The notes under the pieces were generated by a model. It worked only from the letters and a program-made list of their open reading frames with translations, was not told the origin of the DNA and made no database searches. A stretch of DNA of 64,000 bases from Chthonomonas calidirosea (GTDB taxonomy: Bacteria > Armatimonadota > Fimbriimonadia > Fimbriimonadales > Fimbriimonadaceae): positions 64,001 to 128,000 of the forward strand of contig CAMAPH010000001.1 in NCBI GenBank assembly GCA_945859975.1, given 5' to 3'. Positions 57,858-64,000 of the stretch are shown here, one piece after another; position 1 is the first letter of the stretch, and each line of letters starts with the position of its first letter. The translations under genes and the position numbers were made by a program.

Positions 57858-59480
57858 TTGAATGTGCAAAACTTGCTCATGCTCTTCGCCGCCGCCATTC
57901 TTCCTCCGCCGACTGCCGACCTGTTGGTCGTCAACGCAAAGATTTGGACGGACGGTGCGCTGACTCAGAACTCGGTGCTTGGCGTTCGGGCGGGAAAGAT
58001 CGTATACGTTGGAAAGAGCACGCAGGGACTGCGCGGGCCAAAGACGCAGGTGCTTGATGCGAAGGGGCGCCTGCTCACACCCGGAATTATTGATGCCCAC
58101 ACGCATCTTGCCCGGGCCGGGGTCGGTTTCAAGTACGGCCTGGACCTGCGGGTTGCGACGTCGAAGGCACAGTTCATCGAGTTGGTTCGCAAGAAGGTGA
58201 CTACCTTGCCCGCCGGTGCTTGGCTGAGCGGACGAGGCTGGTCGACCGAGAGCTATACGGTGAAGGAGACCCCGCACCGGAACTGGATTGATGCCGTGAC
58301 CGGGGATCGACCCGCGGTGCTTACTCGGATGGACGGGCACAGCCTGCTGGCGAACTCCGCAGCGCTGAAGCTTGCCGGGATCTCTAAGGATGGCCCGGCA
58401 GATCCGCCGGGAGGAAGCATTGAGCGGGATCCGAAGACCGGAGAGCCAACCGGAATTCTTGTCGACGCTGCAATGCCGCTGATCCAGACGCCGGGCGCAA
58501 CTCGCGAGCAGCTTCGAGAGGGGCTCAAGGCGGTCGTGGCCGAAGCGAATCGATTTGGTGTTACGGCAGTCGGCGACATCATGGACCCACTCGCGGTTGC
58601 GACGGTTCGGGAGTACGCGGCAAACCCGAATCGCACCATTCGATTCGGCGTGTATTTGCAGTCCGAGTCACCGCTCGTCGTCGGTCTGGCAAAGCAAGCA
58701 AAGCCGATTCCGGGCTGGTTTGAACCTCGTGGAATCAAGTTGTACATGGATGGTTCGCTCGGATCGCGAAGTGCCTTCATGGCAGCGCCGTTTACCAAAC
58801 CGCTTCCGACGCAGCCCGCCGATTGGCGCGGCCTCCCTCGAATCGGCGCGACCAACGGCCAATATGCGTCGCTGATCAAGCAGGCCGCGGATGCCAACTT
58901 GCAGGTGATCACCCATGCGATTGGTGACCAAGCGAACAAGGATGCCCTCGACCTTTATGGCCGCGTTCCGAATTTGGCGCAACGCCGATTCCGAATTGAG
59001 CACGCGCAGCACCTGCTGCCTTCCGAGATCGGACGATTTGCGAAGCTCGGAGTGATCCCTTCGATGCAGCCGTTCCACAAAGCAGACGACGGCCGGTATT
59101 GCGACGACGTGATAGGCAAAGCGCGCAGCGAAAGCAGCTACACGTTCAAAGACCTGATCAAATCTGGAGCCAAGCTCACCTTCGGCAGCGACTTTCCGGT
59201 AGTTACCATCGATCCTTGGATCGGGATTCATACCGCCGTTACGGGCGAAATTCTCGGTGGCTCGGTCTGGATGCCGCAGCAGAACATCAGCTTCGATCAG
59301 GCACTCGACGCTTACACCCGAACAAGTGCGTATTCGATCTTTCGTGAGAAGGATCTCGGGCGGCTCGTTCCAGGCTATCAAGCGGACTTTGTGATCGTCG
59401 ACGGCTGGCCGTACGCCAAAAATGGCACCAAAAACCTTCGCGCAAACGCGACCTACGTCGCAGGACACAAAGTGTTCTAG
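57858..59480 (+). CDS. Amidohydrolase_3 (YtcJ-like) metal-dependent hydrolase
   Basis: PG.IDAHTH, K..MDGSLGSR, HAIGD, RIEHAQ, GSDFPV motifs. Confidence 0.9.
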   Translation: MNVQNLLMLFAAAILPPPTADLLVVNAKIWTDGALTQNSVLGVRAGKIVYVGKSTQGLRGPKTQVLDAKGRLLTPGIIDAHTHLARAGVGFKYGLDLRVATSKAQFIELVRKKVTTLPAGAWLSGRGWSTESYTVKETPHRNWIDAVTGDRPAVLTRMDGHSLLANSAALKLAGISKDGPADPPGGSIERDPKTGEPTGILVDAAMPLIQTPGATREQLREGLKAVVAEANRFGVTAVGDIMDPLAVATVREYAANPNRTIRFGVYLQSESPLVVGLAKQAKPIPGWFEPRGIKLYMDGSLGSRSAFMAAPFTKPLPTQPADWRGLPRIGATNGQYASLIKQAADANLQVITHAIGDQANKDALDLYGRVPNLAQRRFRIEHAQHLLPSEIGRFAKLGVIPSMQPFHKADDGRYCDDVIGKARSESSYTFKDLIKSGAKLTFGSDFPVVTIDPWIGIHTAVTGEILGGSVWMPQQNISFDQALDAYTRTSAYSIFREKDLGRLVPGYQADFVIVDGWPYAKNGTKNLRANATYVAGHKVF

Positions 59481-59482
59481 GG

Positions 59483-59746
59483 CTATCTCATCGGACTAAT
59501 GAGGGCAACGAAAACCAGAACGCTTATGGCCGCCGTGATCCAAAACGCGACCTTGAACGAGCCCTTCTTGGTCTTGTGGCGGAACAGCTGCTGCGCGAGA
59601 AACGACCCTGGCCACCCTCCGAGGACGGCGGCAAGGAGCAGATTCTTCTCGGAAATCCGCCACCTGCCCTGCTGGGCCAATTGCTTGTCTAGGTAGATCA
59701 ACCCAAACGAAACGACGTTACTGGCAATTAGCAAAATCCAAATCAT
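59483..59746 (-). CDS. DUF1294 small membrane protein
   Basis: DK..A...WRISE..L......GGWPG......LFRHKT.K..F motif. Confidence 0.9.
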   Translation of the reverse strand: MIWILLIASNVVSFGLIYLDKQLAQQGRWRISEKNLLLAAVLGGWPGSFLAQQLFRHKTKKGSFKVAFWITAAISVLVFVALISPMR

Positions 59747-59918
59747 TTATGTTCCACAGCCAGCATACAATCCTCACGTGCGGATGCAACTGATCACGCA
59801 TCCTGCATCAAGGATCAGATTCATCTCACCGGCAGTTTTCATATCCGCCAGAAAACCAGTACAAAAGGCTGAATGACGCACGACGTTCTCGCGATTTTGC
59901 CAACGATACAATATAAGT

Positions 59919-62846
59919 ATGCTTTTTGCTTTAACATGCCTGACTGTACTTTCGATATCGAACGACATCGGCACGAACGAAAATTTGCGCGATTTTGATC
60001 AAGCTCCTGGCCTTTTTCAGCAAGTCGAGCGAGCCGAAAGAAAGTTTGAGAAGTCTGGCGACAACTTTCTTGCGCAATCTCCGAGACAACAATATTCCGC
60101 ATCTTTTGCTCGCAGCGGGCAGGTAACGCTCTCGAGTGATTCAGCAAGATTGAATCTAAAAATTACTTCCTTTGGATTCGGGTCGGATGCAAAACCGACC
60201 TTGGCACCTTCACCCCTCATTGGTGCCGACGCTAGAGGCTGGCCGAAGCTGACCTACTCACGTCCGGGCATCTCGGAGTGGTATGTCAACGAAAAGAACG
60301 CGTTGCACCACTGGATGCAGGTTGCGGAACGACCGCGCTCTGCGAGCGGAAATCTTTGGGTGAAGTTGAGCGTGTCTGGCGCAGACGGCATTCGATCGCT
60401 GTCCGATGAAAGCGTAGAAGTTAAATCCAACGGCACAAACCTCACCTATCGAGACCTGAAAGTTTGGGATGCGGCTGCCCGCCCGGTTCCGGCAAGACTT
60501 GAGGTTTCGGGCCAGTCGATTTACTTCAACATCGAAGATTCGAACGCGCGCTATCCCATCACAATCGATCCCATTTGGACCCAGGAAGGCAAACTGACGG
60601 CCAGCGATGCGGTGGCGAGCGACAATGCGGGGCACGTGGTTGCCCTTGATGGCGATACGGCAGTTGTCGGCTCGCTCAATGCCGATCTCGGAGTGAACTT
60701 TGGTAACGCGGGAGCGGTCTATGTGTTCAAACGCACGGGCACTACTTGGGCCCACCAGGCAAAACTCACGGCAAGTGCTTCGGGCAGGAATGCTCGGTTT
60801 GGTACGTCTGTTGATATTGATGGAGACAAAGTTATTGTTGGTGCTCCAGGAGTGGTTGTTGGGATCGCAAGAGATGCCGGACTTGCCTATGTTTTCACTC
60901 GATCTGGGAGCACTTGGAGCCAAAGCGCCATTCTTTCCGCGCCTGATATTGCCCAATCTGACCTCTTTGGCTCATCGGTCGCAATCAGCGGGTCGACCGC
61001 AGTCGTCGGTTCGCCTCAGGAAGATCCAGGGAACATCTCCAATGCAGGTTCTGCGTATGTCTTCACATCAAGCAACGATACGTGGTCCTATCACTCCAAG
61101 CTTGCAGCAAGTGACGCAGCGGCTGCGGATAACTTCGGCGTTTCGGTCGATATCTTAAGTACGCGGATCGTTGTTGGCGCAAGTGGCGCAAGCGCGGCTT
61201 ACACCTTCAACTTTCGGAATCCGAACTGGGAGCAAGAAGCCATTCTTGTCGGCACAGACACGCTGTCGGATGACGGATTCGGTCGATCTGTAGCCCTAAA
61301 CGGCGATCGGTGCGTCGTCGGGGCAAACAATGCAGACCCAAATGCCGCCAGCAATGCTGGCGCAGCTTACGTTTTCAAATACACGACTCCGGCTTGGTCC
61401 CAAGAGGGCAAACTGATCGCCTCTGATTCTGCGGCCGGTGCTCAATTTGGGTGGGACGTAGCTATTTCTGGTTCCACCGTTGCCGTGGGAGCCTACTTCG
61501 CCGATCCAGATGGAGTAGCCGACGCAGGCTCTGCCTACGTCTTCACCGAAGCTAGCGGCACCTGGACCCAGGATGCCATTGTGGTTTCATCGGACAAGGC
61601 CAGCGGTGACCGATTCGGACATTCGGTAGATATTGACGGCACAACCCTCCTGGCAGGCGCGCCATTCGCGAACCTAGGTTCGACATCCGACGCGGGTGCC
61701 GCCTATTCCTTCCTGGCAACAACGCCGATCTCCACAACCGTCACTTTTCCAACCGCCGGGATCACCGGAACGAAAGCCGCCGTTGGCACGGTCACGTTGG
61801 CCAGCCCAGCCGCCACGGACACCGTGGTTAGCCTCTCCAGCAACGTGTCGGCGCTGATAGTTCCTGCAAGCACAACCGTGCTCGCTGGGCGATCGACCGC
61901 AACCTTTGCCGTGAGTTCAACTGCGGTTACAAGTGACACCCTGGCGACGGTATCGGCATCTGGAACGGGCCTGACGAGCAGTCAAGGGTCCTTGATTGTC
62001 AGAACGCCGCGAGTCGGCAAAGTGGCATACGACAAGGGCTCCCTCATCATGGGACAAACGGCAACCGGTACGGTCACTTTACAGGCGGTGGCACCGACGG
62101 GAGGCACTCTCGTGTCGCTGACCTACAGCGGACTTGGAATTACCGGACCGTCGAGCATCACGATCCCGGCTGGAGCATCAACAGGAACGTTCAGCGTTTT
62201 GGCGGACACCGTTCTGAGCGAAACGGTCGTTAAAACCGAAGCATTCCCGAGCTTTAGCGAAAAGTCCGCCACCCTTACCGTCAGCCCACTCGTATTCGGA
62301 ATCAGCAGTTCGAGTAGCGTCTTGCTACAAGGCCAGGCAGGAACAGGAACGATCACCCTCGCAACCCCTGCTCCGGCGGAAGGTTTCTCGTTTAGCTTGA
62401 GTTCGACTCAAAATCGGTTTATCCTTCCGGCATCGGTTACCGTGCCGGAAGGAGAGTTATCCGTTAGCTTCCCGGTTGTGGCTGGCTCGCTGCCCATTCC
62501 ATCCGGAAAGGTGACGGCAACAATGGGCGGACTTTCTCAGGCGATGACCATTTCCATTATCGAATTGGACGTGCAATCGATTGCGCTGAATCCGAGCACG
62601 GTCTCCGCGGGTTCATCGACAACGGCAACCGTAACGCTCACCGCGCCGTCTCCGACCGACACGGTTGTCTTCTTGAGCCTTCAAAAGCCAACGCTTGCGA
62701 GTGTTCCGGCGTCAATCGTGATTCCAGCCGGAAGCACATCGGGAACGTTTACCGTGAACACGTTCGTCGGCAAGACCGGATTCTTTTCGGTGTACGCGCG
62801 GATCGGAACCAAGGGCACGAAAGGCACGAAGATCACGATCAACTGA
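59919..62846 (+). CDS. Secreted/surface FG-GAP (integrin-alpha-like) beta-propeller protein with C-terminal Thr/Ser-rich Ig-like repeats
   Basis: About 7 repeats of KL.ASD....FG.SVAI.G...VVGA.....AG.AYVF; about 4 repeats of TGTVTL..PAP....V.LS. Confidence 0.85.
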   Translation: MLFALTCLTVLSISNDIGTNENLRDFDQAPGLFQQVERAERKFEKSGDNFLAQSPRQQYSASFARSGQVTLSSDSARLNLKITSFGFGSDAKPTLAPSPLIGADARGWPKLTYSRPGISEWYVNEKNALHHWMQVAERPRSASGNLWVKLSVSGADGIRSLSDESVEVKSNGTNLTYRDLKVWDAAARPVPARLEVSGQSIYFNIEDSNARYPITIDPIWTQEGKLTASDAVASDNAGHVVALDGDTAVVGSLNADLGVNFGNAGAVYVFKRTGTTWAHQAKLTASASGRNARFGTSVDIDGDKVIVGAPGVVVGIARDAGLAYVFTRSGSTWSQSAILSAPDIAQSDLFGSSVAISGSTAVVGSPQEDPGNISNAGSAYVFTSSNDTWSYHSKLAASDAAAADNFGVSVDILSTRIVVGASGASAAYTFNFRNPNWEQEAILVGTDTLSDDGFGRSVALNGDRCVVGANNADPNAASNAGAAYVFKYTTPAWSQEGKLIASDSAAGAQFGWDVAISGSTVAVGAYFADPDGVADAGSAYVFTEASGTWTQDAIVVSSDKASGDRFGHSVDIDGTTLLAGAPFANLGSTSDAGAAYSFLATTPISTTVTFPTAGITGTKAAVGTVTLASPAATDTVVSLSSNVSALIVPASTTVLAGRSTATFAVSSTAVTSDTLATVSASGTGLTSSQGSLIVRTPRVGKVAYDKGSLIMGQTATGTVTLQAVAPTGGTLVSLTYSGLGITGPSSITIPAGASTGTFSVLADTVLSETVVKTEAFPSFSEKSATLTVSPLVFGISSSSSVLLQGQAGTGTITLATPAPAEGFSFSLSSTQNRFILPASVTVPEGELSVSFPVVAGSLPIPSGKVTATMGGLSQAMTISIIELDVQSIALNPSTVSAGSSTTATVTLTAPSPTDTVVFLSLQKPTLASVPASIVIPAGSTSGTFTVNTFVGKTGFFSVYARIGTKGTKGTKITIN

Positions 62847-62852
62847 GGCTTT

Positions 62853-63968
62853 CTAGTCTTCTTCTAGGACGTACTTCCCTCGTCGGCTTCCGCCGACGAG
62901 GACGGTTTCGCCGTCGTTCTTTTCTAGCGGCAGGAACTTCACTTCGGGCATTCGTTTCAGGTGTTGGGCGAGTTCGGTGGAGTGGGTGGTTACCCAGATT
63001 TGGCTCGACATTGAGGCGTACTCAAGCATTCTCGCCAGCGGCGCGATGGCGGCAGAGTTGAGGCTGGCTTCGGGCTCGTTGAAGAACATGAGTTGCGGCG
63101 GGTGCGGGTGGTAGCAGGCGGCAGCGAGGCAGAGGAATTTCAGGGTTCCGTCCGAGAGTTCGTGCGGCTCGGTTGCGCGCATTAGGCCCTGATGCAGCAT
63201 CTTGAATCGGATCCGATCCACGCTCAGGTCAGATTCTGGCAAGGCTTCCTTCACGCAGTCGACGAGGGCATCGTAGTTCCCAATCTCGTTGATGAGATAG
63301 AGGGAGGCACCCAAGTTGCTTCCATCCGAGGCAAACCGACGCGGGTACGTATCTGCGCTCAGCGCGCGAGCCGGAGAGCTCTCATCGGTTCGAAACTCGT
63401 GATAAAGGACCCACCGCTCCGCCGCTTGTCGAATGGCTTGGAGGTACGGATAGTCCTCAGCGTTTTCTATCTGCGCAAAGATCGATAGGGTTTCGATGAT
63501 CTCTGGATGCTTGACTTGCTCGCCCGTCAATTTTCGGAGCATGGCGGAACGGCTACCTCGGTCGACCATGACGCGGCCACCGAGCTTAATCACTTCCTTT
63601 TTGACCATTGGGTCCATGGGAAACATTGGCGGCACCATTCCCCAGGGCGGCTTGTTCGCAGCGGTAGTTTGAGTTTGAAACCCAAACTCGACTTCGTACT
63701 CAAAATCGTCGCTCACCACGTGCAAGCCGATCCGCTGGTTTGGCGCAACTTTCCGCGGCCCCGCCCAGAAGACGGAACCGAGTCCACCCTCGGCAACCAG
63801 CCGCTCGTTGAGCCGACCCAAAATCGTCTCCTTCACAAGCCGAAAGGCGTTGAACAGGTTGCTCTTGCCGCAGCCGTTTGCGCCGGTTACGACGTTGATG
63901 TGCTTCAGCCGCACTTCCAAGTCGTAGATCGACCGGTACTTTGAAACGCTGAAAGATCGAATCTGCAA
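62853..63968 (-). CDS. ABC-type ATPase (AAA_21 / COG4637-like)
   Basis: GANGCGKSN, LSDGT signature, FFNEPE (Walker B variant), TTHS motifs. Confidence 0.8.
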   Translation of the reverse strand: MQIRSFSVSKYRSIYDLEVRLKHINVVTGANGCGKSNLFNAFRLVKETILGRLNERLVAEGGLGSVFWAGPRKVAPNQRIGLHVVSDDFEYEVEFGFQTQTTAANKPPWGMVPPMFPMDPMVKKEVIKLGGRVMVDRGSRSAMLRKLTGEQVKHPEIIETLSIFAQIENAEDYPYLQAIRQAAERWVLYHEFRTDESSPARALSADTYPRRFASDGSNLGASLYLINEIGNYDALVDCVKEALPESDLSVDRIRFKMLHQGLMRATEPHELSDGTLKFLCLAAACYHPHPPQLMFFNEPEASLNSAAIAPLARMLEYASMSSQIWVTTHSTELAQHLKRMPEVKFLPLEKNDGETVLVGGSRRGKYVLEED

Positions 63969-64000
63969 GGCTTAACTCTCCGTTTCTAGAAACGCGCGGA

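Noticed and set aside
60..63944. Numerous short antisense and overlapping ORFs in the six-frame track
   Set aside because: They overlap well-supported genes and lack motifs, as expected for shadow ORFs in high-GC sequence.

Overview
Bacterial chromosomal window, GC-rich and gene-dense. The gene content (Lgt and an ADP-heptose kinase alongside YqeG and a Gram-positive-style sugar ABC system) suggests an Armatimonadota/Fimbriimonadaceae-like organism; this is inference, not a search result. Positions 1-28.6 kb are mostly housekeeping: xerD, tsaD, rimI, mnmG, lgt, dprA, nagA, sua5, aroE, mltG, ruvX, hisN-like, and stand-alone tRNA-Ile(GAT) and tRNA-Ala(TGC). The same stretch holds an ECF42/YCII pair, a divergent phosphonate-type oxidoreductase/HAD pair and a YqeG-GtrA fusion. 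Right after tRNA-Ala are helically phased short repeats and a perfect 47-bp direct repeat. These are followed by a ~17.6-kb, visibly more AT-rich glycan-utilisation block (GH127, serine hydrolase, GH30, GH2, DUF5107-TPR, sugar ABC permeases and SBP, LacI with twin operators). Positions 48-55 kb carry a five-gene SWIM / DUF5691 / MoxR AAA+ / DUF5682 / vWA operon of unknown function. Its DUF5682 subunit looks like a TIKI/TraB-fold metallohydrolase, making it the best candidate for an uncharacterised system. It is divergent from a secreted NlpC/P60-like Cys-His hydrolase. Many genes have a -10 hexamer only 6-7 nt before the start codon, which points to widespread leaderless mRNAs. No rRNA, cas genes, transposase or island integrase were found. 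All family calls come from motif recognition by eye.
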